NCBI GenBank assembly: GCA_963770835.1
Contig: CAVYRH010000004.1
Location: 512,001-576,000, forward strand
Source of the DNA: an uncultured Pseudomonadota bacterium
GTDB taxonomy: Bacteria > Oederibacteriota > Muellerivitia > Muellerivitales > Muellerivitaceae
Direction of reading: 5' to 3'
Length of the DNA: 64,000 nt
This document shows positions 29,573-39,268 of this stretch, piece after piece (position 1 is the first letter of the stretch; every line of letters starts with the position of its first letter). The notes beneath the pieces are model-generated. The model made no database searches, was not told the DNA's origin, and worked only from the letters and a program-made list of their open reading frames with translations. Made by a program: the position numbers and the translations under genes.

Positions 29573-29761
29573 TTAGTCTTGTTCCCTTTCGACGTTCATT
29601 TCCTCGACCTCCCCGCCCCGGACCCGCACCCTTAAAACGATCGGTCGGCAGCAATTTTCGCAATCGTTGGTCCACTGGTGGACCCCCGATAGGGGATCCA
29701 AGGGGGAGAAATTGGGGTAACCGCAATAGGGGCAGTCGAACTCGACGTTGGGGCCGCTCAT
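29573..29761 (-). CDS. CPXCG-motif cysteine-rich small protein
   Basis: CPYCG and DCENCCRPI, ending EREQD. Confidence 0.8.
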   Translation of the reverse strand: MSGPNVEFDCPYCGYPNFSPLDPLSGVHQWTNDCENCCRPIVLRVRVRGGEVEEMNVEREQD

Positions 29762-29771
29762 GGAAGCGCGA

Positions 29772-30449
29772 TCAGTCCGAGCCCTTCAACAGGAAGTTAT
29801 TGCTGGGGGGCGGCACGCGGGGGTCTCCGTCGAAAAATTTGTTGAAGTTCACGACGTCCAATTCGTCCACGGGATCGGGGTCTTCCTTGTCCATTTTCCC
29901 GCTCACCCAGGAATGTTCCGTGTGGTTCACGTTGAACTTTTCCTCGTGATCCTTGTCGATGACCGTCAATTTCCCGACCAAATACTGGGCCTGGAAGGTT
30001 TCCTTGGCCGGGTCATAGTGGAGGATACCGTGGACGTCGTTGATGGACGCCACCACGGAACCGGCATTGACCTCGAAAAAGCTTTGGTGGGAGCCGCAGC
30101 CATTGGTCTTGAAATAGAGGGTCCCCTTTTGCAGCACGAACCGGATCTGGCGGTCCGGCCCCTCGATGTAGTACTCGTCAATATTAACCACCGTATTCCC
30201 ATCCAGGCCGATCCGGTCGCCCTTATGGGTTTTGAGGATGGCCCAGCTTTGGTCGTAACAGGTCAGGGTGTCCCCCTTTTCCACCGTGCTTCCGGTTTGA
30301 AGGGCATAGGGCTTGGAACCATCCGCTTTCTGCACCATGACGGTCCCTTCCAGCATCAGGACATCCGCTTCGTTGAAGGTTGCCGCGCGGAGGAAAACCG
30401 GAAACAGGAGGCTGAAGATCGCCGAAAGAGTCAGGGCCTTTATGCGCAT
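29772..30449 (-). CDS. Exported FecR-domain protein
   Basis: Signal peptide, then LEGTVMV..GDTLT..S.A.L..GD.I.L..NT..L.KG pattern. Start ATG 30449 with AAGGAG RBS. Confidence 0.7.
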   Translation of the reverse strand: MRIKALTLSAIFSLLFPVFLRAATFNEADVLMLEGTVMVQKADGSKPYALQTGSTVEKGDTLTCYDQSWAILKTHKGDRIGLDGNTVVNIDEYYIEGPDRQIRFVLQKGTLYFKTNGCGSHQSFFEVNAGSVVASINDVHGILHYDPAKETFQAQYLVGKLTVIDKDHEEKFNVNHTEHSWVSGKMDKEDPDPVDELDVVNFNKFFDGDPRVPPPSNNFLLKGSD

Positions 30450-30648
30450 GGGCGCTCCTTGAAGAAATGGAACCAACTGGGATTCTAGCAGGCCCTTGAG
30501 GAAGACTCCAGATTGAATTCACCGTAGAAGACCCAAAGGGAAGCCGCCCGCCACTGAAGAGTGGATGAAGGCCGATGAAATGAAAAGGAACGGGAAATTC
30601 CTCCGGTTTTAAATTAAACTGCCTTTACTTCAAAACAAAAGGACCCCC

Positions 30649-31500
30649 TTGGGAGACCAACCCGTCGTCCTCATTACCGGCTGTTCCACCGGCATCGGCT
30701 TTGAAACCGCCCTGCTCTTGGCCCGGAAAGGTTACCGGGTGTTCGCCACCATGAGGAACATGAAAAAAGCCGGGTCCTTGAGGGATGCTGGAAAAGATTT
30801 TCCTCTTGAAATCCTCCCTTTGGACGTGGATAAGCCTGCTTCGGTCAAAGCCGCCGTTACCGCCGTCCTTAAGAGGGCCGGTCGAATTGACGCGCTGGTG
30901 AACAACGCCGGCTGGGGGGCTTTCGGGGCCATGGAGGAATTTTCAGACACCGAAATCCGCGCCCAGTACGAAACCAACGTATTCGGCCTTTTGCGGGTGA
31001 CGCGGCAGGTATTGCCGGTGATGCGCCGGCAAAAAAACGGCCGGATTATCCACATCGGTTCCCTCGCCGGAAGGATGACTTTCGCCGGAATCGGCCTTTA
31101 CTGCTCCAGCAAACACGCCGTGGAAGCCATCAACGAAAGCCTACGGCTGGAAGTACGCCCTTTTAATATCGAGTCGGCGGTGGTGGAACCAGGCACCATT
31201 TGGACGCCGTTCAAGGTCAACCGCCGCAAGGCGCTGGCTTTCCAGAAAGGGAAGTCGGCTTACCAGAAGGTGTTGGAGAACATTCTCCATTTTGGGAACA
31301 AGCCGTCTTCTTCCATGCCCGGGCCGGAACAAGTGGCGGCCACCGTCCTGAAAGCCCTCCAAGCCGGGCGCATGGCCGTCCGTTATCCCGTGGGAAAGGA
31401 TGCGGTTTGGCTCCCCTTCCTGCGTTGGTTCATGCCGGACTCGCTTTTTGACTGGGTTTTGAAATTGAAATACCAGGGTTTCCAAAAGGGGGGCGCTTGA
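30649..31500 (+). CDS. Short-chain dehydrogenase/reductase
   Basis: TGCSTGIG, NNAG and YCSSK motifs. Confidence 0.92.
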   Translation: MGDQPVVLITGCSTGIGFETALLLARKGYRVFATMRNMKKAGSLRDAGKDFPLEILPLDVDKPASVKAAVTAVLKRAGRIDALVNNAGWGAFGAMEEFSDTEIRAQYETNVFGLLRVTRQVLPVMRRQKNGRIIHIGSLAGRMTFAGIGLYCSSKHAVEAINESLRLEVRPFNIESAVVEPGTIWTPFKVNRRKALAFQKGKSAYQKVLENILHFGNKPSSSMPGPEQVAATVLKALQAGRMAVRYPVGKDAVWLPFLRWFMPDSLFDWVLKLKYQGFQKGGA

Positions 31501-32342
31501 ATCCCCCGCATGTCGCACTCATTACCGGCGCCAACTCCGGGTTTGGCCTAGCCTGCGCCAAGGCTTTGGCCGGGAAGGGATATAGGGTTTACGCCACCTA
31601 CCGCAAACCCCGAAAAGCCGGGCTCCTTTGGGAGCTTTCCCGCGCCCTTCCGGTTTTTCCACTTCTCATGGACATCAATCGCGATCCCTCGGTCCAAAGG
31701 GGGGTCCGGCAAGTGTTGAAACGCGAGGGTCGGATCGACGTTCTTTTGAACAATGCGGGGTTCGTCATGGCCGGTTTTTGGGAGGACCTCTCGGACAAGG
31801 ATATCCGGGAACAGTTCGAAACCAACGTTTTCGGCCTCTTGCGCGTGACCCGGGCGGTGATGCCGGCCATGCGCAAACGGGGGTCCGGGAAAATCCTGAA
31901 TATCGGCAGTATCGCGGCCTTCGCGGCCTTGCCCGGGTTGGGGCCCTATTCGGCCACCAAATCGGCGGTGAACTCCCTAACGGAGGCCCTGCGAATGGAA
32001 GCGCGCCAATGGTGTGTGGATGTCGCAGAAGTAAACCCCGGTGAAATAAGGACTTCCGTCGTCCAAAACACCCGAATGGGAGAAAAGGTTCTATCGCCCA
32101 AGTCCCCCTATACTCCCTTTATGCGCCAATTCGAGAAATTCGCCAAGGAAAGGTTTGAGCACGCGGCGCCAGTGGAAAAACTGGTCCAAGTGGTTTTAAA
32201 AGCCTTAAACCAAAGCCCCATGAAACGGCGGTATTTGGTGAAGCCGGACGATTACGCGGCTTATTACCTGCGCTGGCTCTTGCCCGATTGGGTTTGGGAG
32301 TGGGGCTTGGGATCGATGTTTCCCTGGAGCCGGTGGCCTTAA
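31497..32342 (+). CDS. Short-chain dehydrogenase/reductase, tandem paralog
   Basis: TGANSGFG, NNAG and YSATK motifs. Overlaps the upstream stop by 4 bp. Confidence 0.92.
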   Translation: MNPPHVALITGANSGFGLACAKALAGKGYRVYATYRKPRKAGLLWELSRALPVFPLLMDINRDPSVQRGVRQVLKREGRIDVLLNNAGFVMAGFWEDLSDKDIREQFETNVFGLLRVTRAVMPAMRKRGSGKILNIGSIAAFAALPGLGPYSATKSAVNSLTEALRMEARQWCVDVAEVNPGEIRTSVVQNTRMGEKVLSPKSPYTPFMRQFEKFAKERFEHAAPVEKLVQVVLKALNQSPMKRRYLVKPDDYAAYYLRWLLPDWVWEWGLGSMFPWSRWP

Positions 32343-32391
32343 ACTTTCCGCAGAAACCAACTATTTGATTATCGAAAGATGTCCTAAAAAG

Positions 32392-32428
32392 AAAAAGCCC
32401 CATCCCCCGAAGGGGACAGGGCTTTTTT
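32392..32428. terminator. Bidirectional intrinsic terminator
   Basis: AAAAAGCCC-CA-TCCCC-CGAA-GGGGA-CA-GGGCTTTTTT between convergent genes. Confidence 0.8.
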
Positions 32429-32446
32429 CTTAGAAAAAGTACGGCG

Positions 32447-33832
32447 CTATTGGATTGTTACGTTGTCGACATAAAAGTTGGGACTGGTGAAGGGTGCTGT
32501 GCCGGTGGCTCCTGTTCCAATTTGGGCACCCACCTTCCAAATGTTGGTAGGATCGACTCCTCCTTGGTTTGCCGGGATTGAAACCTGGGTCCAAGTTAAG
32601 GTTTGTACAGTGCCAAATGCTAAAGATTGGTAATTATAGGGCGATGCTCCGTTCGCACCATCCTGGACATACATCTGGCCGAACCAGCCAGTCGAAGGGG
32701 CGGTGTCGAGATAATACCAAAAGGTTATCGTTCGGCCCGTCAGATCGGTTCCTGCCGTCGAATTCGGGAAATCAAACTCAATATCGGCCGCTTGGTTCAC
32801 CGCAGTAAACGGTATCGGCCCCGCCAAAAGGGATTCGCAGCCGACTGTACAAGTATTCTCGTTTTGGACGGCTGAAAGAACCAAACCTGGAACCACAATA
32901 CTGCCTCCGTTGTTGTTGGAAGCCCATCCGCTCGGCTGGGAACAATAGTTGTCAAAGGTCCAGTTAAAGGGATAGGAGGGTGTGAAAGTGGGTGGCGGCA
33001 CGCAACCCGTAGGAGAGGAGGTAGGCGTGCTGGTCGGCACTGTTGGTTGGGCTATATTCACATCGGCGATGTAAATGTTCCCCTTGGCGTGGGGGGCGAT
33101 GTTGGAAACCTGAACCCCGAATTGAATCGCCGCTGTGTTTGTAAAAGCGGAAGGGTTGTAAATGGTCGTCCAAGCGCCCGCGGTGGTGGAAAGGTTTTTA
33201 AAGGAGCTGCCGGTATCAAAATTGTAGCTGGCATTTTGACTAAATAGCTGAGCGCTCAGGATGCCCGAAGTTTCTGAAGGAACGACTAAACTCGGATCCG
33301 CGCTCACGTAAGCCGTGACCGCCGCCGAACTGAAGTTCACGGCGTTAGTGGAACCCCAAACGACCTCCACCTGGGCCTGTACCGTAGCGGCCGATGAATT
33401 GTTGATGGTAAGACAAAGAACGCTATTCCCGTTATGTTGAATAACCGAGGTGGTACCGATGCCGGTAACGCAGGACACACCCGCGTTGGCTTGAGTATAG
33501 GCATCCACAATCCAGCATTGAACGCCACTGGTGAAATTGTAGACCGGTATGAAGGTCGGCGCCGCGGAACAGGGTGTGACATTGGCGTTGGGCGTCATCG
33601 TGATCTGGGTCGTCGATATAAAAGTAGCTGTGGGTGTGGAAGTGGCTGTGCCAGTAGGTGTGCTGGTAGGTCCTGTGGCGGTCGGCGTGGCTGTGGCCGT
33701 GCCTGTGCTCGCGGGAGCAGGCGTGTTCGTCGGATTAGCGGGACTGGATGGACTGTTGCTTTTGGCTGGACACCCTATGGCACCTAGAATGACGCATCCC
33801 ATGAGAATCATGAAACCTGCAAGTTTCCGCAT
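32447..33832 (-). CDS. Lipoprotein with Thr/Pro linker and two CBM-like domains
   Basis: Lipobox AIGC. Two related modules ending FGVQV..IYIADV and VGAQIGTG..FYVDNV. Start ATG 33832 with AAGGAG RBS. Confidence 0.65.
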   Translation of the reverse strand: MRKLAGFMILMGCVILGAIGCPAKSNSPSSPANPTNTPAPASTGTATATPTATGPTSTPTGTATSTPTATFISTTQITMTPNANVTPCSAAPTFIPVYNFTSGVQCWIVDAYTQANAGVSCVTGIGTTSVIQHNGNSVLCLTINNSSAATVQAQVEVVWGSTNAVNFSSAAVTAYVSADPSLVVPSETSGILSAQLFSQNASYNFDTGSSFKNLSTTAGAWTTIYNPSAFTNTAAIQFGVQVSNIAPHAKGNIYIADVNIAQPTVPTSTPTSSPTGCVPPPTFTPSYPFNWTFDNYCSQPSGWASNNNGGSIVVPGLVLSAVQNENTCTVGCESLLAGPIPFTAVNQAADIEFDFPNSTAGTDLTGRTITFWYYLDTAPSTGWFGQMYVQDGANGASPYNYQSLAFGTVQTLTWTQVSIPANQGGVDPTNIWKVGAQIGTGATGTAPFTSPNFYVDNVTIQ

Positions 33833-34208
33833 GATACGCTCCTTGAATTTTTTCGTTCCGTTTTTGCCGTTCAGGCTCAAAAGCGCTTGAAGCAAAAACA
33901 GGGTTTACCCCTAAGGGAAGGATATCATAACTGATGATTCTGGCAACTTTATGAGGAGGGTCATAGTTTTGGCATTTAAACGACTGTCCATGCAACGAGT
34001 TAAAACAAGTCCAAAAAAATCACACGGATTAAATCGTAAGTTAAACATTAAAACTGTCAGTTTGGAAAACGCTTCCAAGTTTAAAGCCGTTTAACCTACT
34101 TTTAGATCTTTTTACTTGTAAGGATTTTAGAATTTCCTGGATTTGGCCAATTTTTCGGCTAAAGGCCCCGGTTTGAACCTCAGACGAAGTTTTTTGCCCC
34201 GTGGAAGG

Positions 34209-35789
34209 CTACTTCGAAAGGCAGACAAAGAGCGTAGCGGTTAAGGGTGGAAGGGAATAGTCAAAATGGTCCCCGTCCACCTTGTCCTTCTTTACCAGGG
34301 TGATTTCAGGCGAGTTTTTATCGAAAGCGTAAGCCTCGTAGGAAGAAAAGGTCTCTTTGCCCTTGAACTTAAACTTTCCATTAATGGAATCCTTCTGGTT
34401 CTTATTTAAAACCACGACCCAAAGGGTGCCGGGATTTTTGCTATCGGTGGCCGCGTAGCAGGAGGTTTGGGTGATATCCTCGGTGGCGGCGGAAACCGCC
34501 GTATCCCCAATACTATCGTTTTTGCCGTCGTAATTCCGGTACAGCTTAAAAGCCGCTTTGTTGTAAGTCTTCAGATCCCCCCAGTAGCAGGCCAAATAAA
34601 CGCCGTACTTTCCGAAAATACCCAGCACGTCCGCTTGCGCCAAGCCTCCGGAAATATGGTCGCCCGCGCCGTAATCGTACTCGGAAAAAGCCAGCTTGGT
34701 TCCGGGACAGCGGTTGTCGATCTTCTCCTTCACCCAGGGGATCAATTGGATCGGTTGGCCCTTGGTGGACCATTGGGTGATCCAGCTTTTCTCCACGTAG
34801 CCAGGGTCCCAAAGGCTCCGGGGTGCCTGCAGGCGGGCATCGATTGAATCGGGCGAGGTGTCGCCGTCCGTGATGCGCTTCCCGCCGCCCTGGGCTTCCG
34901 GGTACCAGTGCAGGTCTAGAACCTGGACCAATTTCTTTTGGTAGGTCTTTTCCAGTTGGTGGATGTAATCCAAGTAGAAATCCAGATAGGTAGGGAACTG
35001 GGCGGTCATGGTGGCGTCCTTGCTCTCGGGAGCGTCCTGGAGGGTCAGGAATTCCTGCCAGCCGTAGCAGACCCCCCCCAGGATGACGGCGGTGGGGTCC
35101 ACCCGCAGGATGTTGTCGGCGGCCACCTCGGTTTTTTTGGCCATTTCCCAATAGGAGGTTTTGACGGGATGGATGCGGGGATGGGTGGAAGGCCAAATTC
35201 CCGGTTCGTTGTCCAGGTCGTAAAACCTCACTCCGCCGTCCTTGGCCTCCTTGTAATTGGATACCAGATAGTTAATGAACTCGTCCTCATAAACCACGGG
35301 CCCATTAGGGTCGGGGGACAGGGTGTAGGGCCTTTTCTTGTGGAACTCGATCTTTTTCCACCGCTTGCTCGGTGCTGTTTCGGTTTCCGCAACCACGCCC
35401 GATTTGTCGGCCGCCACAAAGCCCGCCATCGGCACCGTCATGAGGGTGTCCATCCCGTATTTTTGGGTTTGCTGGACGAACTGGGCGGCCATGGAGCCGG
35501 GTTTGTCGCAGTCGGTGTAATGGAAATTCTGGGCGCACATCCAATCGTCGCTGGTGTGGTGCCAGTCGTTGCCGGCGTTGGAGGCGTTATTCTCCCAGTT
35601 GTAACCCGTCATGCGGTTGCCGCCCAGGCGTCGGACGGTGGTATGGGTGTCGCCGGGGTCTTTGTCGTTGATACCGTAAATATAGGGACTGATCGGACCG
35701 ATTACCTCGTCGGGCATGACCAGGAAGTTAACATCCGCCGCAAGAACCGATCCTGCCAACCAGAAGAAAACAAGTAAGCGGTAAACCAT
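34209..35789 (-). CDS. Glycoside hydrolase family 44 (endoglucanase/xyloglucanase)
   Basis: ISPYIYGIN, RRLGGNRMTGYNWENNASNAG, LDNEPGIW, THPRIHP, DLHWYPE, RSLWD and FSEY motifs. Start ATG 35789 with AGGAG RBS. Confidence 0.9.
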   Translation of the reverse strand: MVYRLLVFFWLAGSVLAADVNFLVMPDEVIGPISPYIYGINDKDPGDTHTTVRRLGGNRMTGYNWENNASNAGNDWHHTSDDWMCAQNFHYTDCDKPGSMAAQFVQQTQKYGMDTLMTVPMAGFVAADKSGVVAETETAPSKRWKKIEFHKKRPYTLSPDPNGPVVYEDEFINYLVSNYKEAKDGGVRFYDLDNEPGIWPSTHPRIHPVKTSYWEMAKKTEVAADNILRVDPTAVILGGVCYGWQEFLTLQDAPESKDATMTAQFPTYLDFYLDYIHQLEKTYQKKLVQVLDLHWYPEAQGGGKRITDGDTSPDSIDARLQAPRSLWDPGYVEKSWITQWSTKGQPIQLIPWVKEKIDNRCPGTKLAFSEYDYGAGDHISGGLAQADVLGIFGKYGVYLACYWGDLKTYNKAAFKLYRNYDGKNDSIGDTAVSAATEDITQTSCYAATDSKNPGTLWVVVLNKNQKDSINGKFKFKGKETFSSYEAYAFDKNSPEITLVKKDKVDGDHFDYSLPPLTATLFVCLSK

Positions 35790-35823
35790 TTTTCGACTCC
35801 TTGCTGGTAGCTGCCAACTGGTG

Positions 35824-37134
35824 TTAGTTAACGCTTCCGGTGCGCCTTTCGCCCAGGATGCGGTCGTCCTTTTGGCCGATGGCTTTTGCCACTTTCGCAC
35901 GGTCGGTGTAGAGGGACTGGGTTTTCAGCATGCGGGCCAGATAACCCGCCTCAAACCAAAGATTCGCTATGATACAAACCACCGCAAAGATGCGCCATGC
36001 CCGGTGGGAAGCCCATCGGCTCCAAGCGTAGATGGAATAAACCGTTAGCAGGGGCATGAGGATGTAATAAATGTGGGCCAGGGGCTCCTTGGACGTGAAC
36101 CAAAAGCTCAACCAAACCAAAAGAAAGGCAAAAAGCGCGATTTTTGTGATAGTCCAAGAATCCGGGTGTTTTTTATCCCGGAACCAACCAAGGGCGAAAA
36201 GGGACAGGGGCTGGAGCCAACCCATGAGAACCATGAATAATCCGGGCAGGATAATCCAAAACGAGTGGACCAGGAAATCCCTTCTCTCAGCCGTGCCGGT
36301 GCCGATGAAACGAAGGGTTTCGAAGCACGGCAATGATAGGAAGCGGCCCAGGATGACGGGAAAGGCCTTGAAGTTATCCGGGTTGAAAAGGCGTGACAAT
36401 TGGAAGCCCGATGTGCCTTGAGCGAAGCCGTATTTGAGGTAGGTCGGCGCCAGGAGGGCGGCCAGGGGAGCGGCCCCCACCAGGAACGCGACGAAGTCGT
36501 GTACAAAGTGGAACCGCTTATCCCTCAGGCGCAAGGCGAGGGCGAGGATCACAAAGGGGGGAAGTAGGACCCAGGATTGATGGAACTGCATGTCCCAAAA
36601 AAGTCCGAATCCCATGAGCGCGAAGGCCACGGCCGGAGGCAAATAATCCTTTGAAAGGGAGGGGACGGCCTCCAGGAAGCCCAGGAAGAAGAGGGTGCTT
36701 CCGATCAGAAGAAAGGAAGGGTTGATGATATTGGTGGACTCGTGCAGGTTCCAGGGCAGGAGCGCGATCCAGGCAAAAAGAAAGGGGAAGGGGATTTCGG
36801 GAAGGCGCTTGGAAAGGTACAAGGCGAGAAGGCCGATGACGCCAGTGGTCAACAGGTTCAGGAAAAGGAAAGGCGCCTCGGGAATGGGACAGATCACCAA
36901 GGGATAACCCACCACCCAGGCCTCCAAGGGCCCGGGAATCTGGGTGTGAAAACCCGTTTCGGTCACCAAAAGGTCGGGCCCGAAATAGGGCCAGCCGCCA
37001 TGGCAATACCATTTCAAGCCGATGAGGTAGGTTTGAATTTCATCGGGGGAAAAAAAGGGCTGGGACAATCCAAAGGCCGTCCGGAAAAGGAAAAGGGCCA
37101 GGAAAAGGAGGATGTATTTGCGCTTGTTGGACAA
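35824..37134 (-). CDS. Polytopic membrane protein, GT-C glycosyltransferase-like (paralog 1)
   Basis: About 10 TM helices. Acidic motif after TM1 (SPDEIQTYLIGLK), plus WPYFGPD, QIPG, INPS, MQFH and C-terminal ERR, all shared with two other genes in the window. Confidence 0.55.
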   Translation of the reverse strand: MSNKRKYILLFLALFLFRTAFGLSQPFFSPDEIQTYLIGLKWYCHGGWPYFGPDLLVTETGFHTQIPGPLEAWVVGYPLVICPIPEAPFLFLNLLTTGVIGLLALYLSKRLPEIPFPFLFAWIALLPWNLHESTNIINPSFLLIGSTLFFLGFLEAVPSLSKDYLPPAVAFALMGFGLFWDMQFHQSWVLLPPFVILALALRLRDKRFHFVHDFVAFLVGAAPLAALLAPTYLKYGFAQGTSGFQLSRLFNPDNFKAFPVILGRFLSLPCFETLRFIGTGTAERRDFLVHSFWIILPGLFMVLMGWLQPLSLFALGWFRDKKHPDSWTITKIALFAFLLVWLSFWFTSKEPLAHIYYILMPLLTVYSIYAWSRWASHRAWRIFAVVCIIANLWFEAGYLARMLKTQSLYTDRAKVAKAIGQKDDRILGERRTGSVN

Positions 37135-37153
37135 CTCACACCTCAGGAAACCT

Positions 37154-37312
37154 AATTTTAAATTCTCAATTATGAATTATGGTTGTTTCCATTTCGTGGA
37201 AACTTAAACCCTTTTTACCGGCCCGCCGAAAGCATTTATTTTTAAAAAGCCAGTCCTTTCCGCGAAGCGGAAAACTCAAAAGTTTAAAATTCATAATTAA
37301 GAATTCAAAACT
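37154..37312. repeat. AT-rich inverted 7-bp-period intergenic element
   Basis: AATTTTAAATTCTCAATTATGAATT (37154-37178) matches the reverse complement of 37288-37312 at 22/25. Confidence 0.6.
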
Positions 37313-37318
37313 TGCTTT

Positions 37319-38788
37319 TTAGTAGAGGCTTTCCGGCCGGCGCTCGCCCATAAGGTGATAATTTTTTTGGTCGATGGCCTGCTTGATGACCGTCCACTTG
37401 GTGTAGATGGAATCCCTTGGCTCCACCGCCACCGCGTAACCCAGTTGAAAGATAACCCCGATGACCAGGAAAGCCTTAGCCAGCAAGGGAGCATATTTAA
37501 GGTCTTTCAAAGCCGCCCAGCCATAACACGAATAGGTCATGATCAAGGGGAAGAAAACAAAATAAATATGGGAGAGGGGCATTTTTACGGTGAACCAGAA
37601 ACTGGCGTAAACCATCGCGAATACCCCAGTCAGCAAAAGGTTCAATCCTTTCCACTGGGGCCCCGTCTTTTCCGGGTGGAATCTTTCCAGCCAAAGACCC
37701 AACAAGTAGGTGACAGCCAAAACCCCGATGGAGACCTCCAGGATGTCCTTCCGTTGGGGGTTGGTGATTTTAATCACAGCGATCAAAACCAAGAAGCCTC
37801 CCCAAAAAAACCAGGGGGAAAGGCGACGCAACCAGCTAAACCAAAAGGAAGCCGGAATAAAGGGCTGGATCAACCCCACCCCCCAGAGGATCATCCCTGG
37901 AACCAGGAGGAGGGGATACTGGTGCACCAGGAAATCTATCCTCGATTGCACGCTGACCCCGATGAAGCGGGGAATCTCAAAGGAAACCAGGGAGAAAAAA
38001 CGGGCCAAGATGGTCCAGAATTCCCCGACGTTTTCCCAATCAAAGGGAACGGTAAAGCCCGATGCCACGTTCCCCCGGGAGAGGCCGAATTTCAGGTAGG
38101 TGGGCAGGAGGAAGACCAGGGGAGGGAGGGACCCTAGGGCCATGTAAAGGATGGAGCTCCAGCGGTTGTTTTTGAGGATTTGAGCCACGAGAGAAAACAG
38201 CATCAAAGGAGGGAGATAAACATAGGAGAAGTGAAATTGCATAATCCAAAAAAGGGAAAAACCCATGGCCGCATTGGCCCAGGCGGGTGAAACAAGGTTC
38301 AAGGTGAAGAAAGGAAGGGATTCCATGAACCCGATGAAAAAGAGGATTGCGGGCAGGAAGATATAAGCTGGGTTGATGAGGGTGGTGGATTCATGGATGC
38401 TCCAGGGGCAGATGGCAATCCAAATAAAAACCCAGGTGAAGGATAGGTCCGGAAGCCTCTTTTTAATGTACGAAGCCAAGAGGGCTACTCCGGCGATGGA
38501 CATCAGGTTCAAAAGGATGAAAGGTGCTTCTGGGAAGGGAAAAACGTAGAAAGGCCAGCCGATGACCAGGCCTTCCAAGGCCCCGGGGATCTGGCTGGTA
38601 AAGGAGTTTTCTGCGCCGTTCACGTCGGGGCCGAACCAGGGCCAGGTGCCCGTGGTGTAGCACTTGAGGCCGATCAAGTAGGTTTGAAACTGGTCGATAT
38701 CGAAAACCCGCGCCCGAAAGAGGCCGAACATCAGCCGGAAAGCGAAAAAGGCCAGCAGGAGGATGAATAGTTTTTTCCGGTCGGACAT
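37319..38788 (-). CDS. Polytopic membrane protein, GT-C glycosyltransferase-like (paralog 2)
   Basis: DIDQFQTYLIGLK, WPWFGPD, QIPGALEG, INPA, MQFH and ERR.SLY motifs. Carries an extra two-helix insertion. Start ATG 38788. Confidence 0.55.
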   Translation of the reverse strand: MSDRKKLFILLLAFFAFRLMFGLFRARVFDIDQFQTYLIGLKCYTTGTWPWFGPDVNGAENSFTSQIPGALEGLVIGWPFYVFPFPEAPFILLNLMSIAGVALLASYIKKRLPDLSFTWVFIWIAICPWSIHESTTLINPAYIFLPAILFFIGFMESLPFFTLNLVSPAWANAAMGFSLFWIMQFHFSYVYLPPLMLFSLVAQILKNNRWSSILYMALGSLPPLVFLLPTYLKFGLSRGNVASGFTVPFDWENVGEFWTILARFFSLVSFEIPRFIGVSVQSRIDFLVHQYPLLLVPGMILWGVGLIQPFIPASFWFSWLRRLSPWFFWGGFLVLIAVIKITNPQRKDILEVSIGVLAVTYLLGLWLERFHPEKTGPQWKGLNLLLTGVFAMVYASFWFTVKMPLSHIYFVFFPLIMTYSCYGWAALKDLKYAPLLAKAFLVIGVIFQLGYAVAVEPRDSIYTKWTVIKQAIDQKNYHLMGERRPESLY

Positions 38789-39033
38789 ATTCCCTTCGGG
38801 AGTTCTAAGTTTCCCCCATGGTTCCAATTTAATTTTAATGGACTACATGGGGACGTCCCCATTTTCATTTTTTACACCAAAAAGATGAAATGGGGGTGAG
38901 TTCGGAATTCGTAGTTTATGGTAAATTTCCCTAAAGCGGAAATTTTCATTAACTTCGGACTTAAACCTTGGTGCTTAAAACTGTTTTTCAGGGGGATATT
39001 AACAGAAGCCTCCGCCGGGTAAAAGTCTTCTAA

Positions 39034-39175
39034 AACAGGGTCCTGAAAAAGTATTTTTCAGTACTTTGTCGACAGCCTCGGGATAGAACGAACCTCTAAA
39101 ATTTGATTTTTATCTTTCGTGGCTCGTTGGTTAAGTAGGAAAAAGTCCGTTTTCGGACTTTTTCAGCATCCTGTT
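39034..39175. mobile_element. Non-autonomous MITE-like remnant with IS-type terminal inverted repeats
   Basis: AACAGGGTCCTGAAAAAGT (39034-39052) versus the reverse complement of 39157-39175 (AACAGGATGCTGAAAAAGT), 17/19 identical. No transposase between them. Confidence 0.5.
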
Positions 39176-39268
39176 AAGGCGTTCGGGTGCGGCCCCCGTT
39201 ATAATGAGCTAGTAAACCCGCATCGTGAGCCGTGCCTACCCCGCTGATTTAAGAAAGGATTCCGGGCG

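Noticed and set aside
33930..34000. Possible c-di-GMP-I riboswitch upstream of the lipoprotein (minus strand GCCAAAACTATGA..AGTTGCC)
   Set aside because: The GGCAAAC/GNRA first stem is absent, so the resemblance is only partial. A covariance-model search would settle it.
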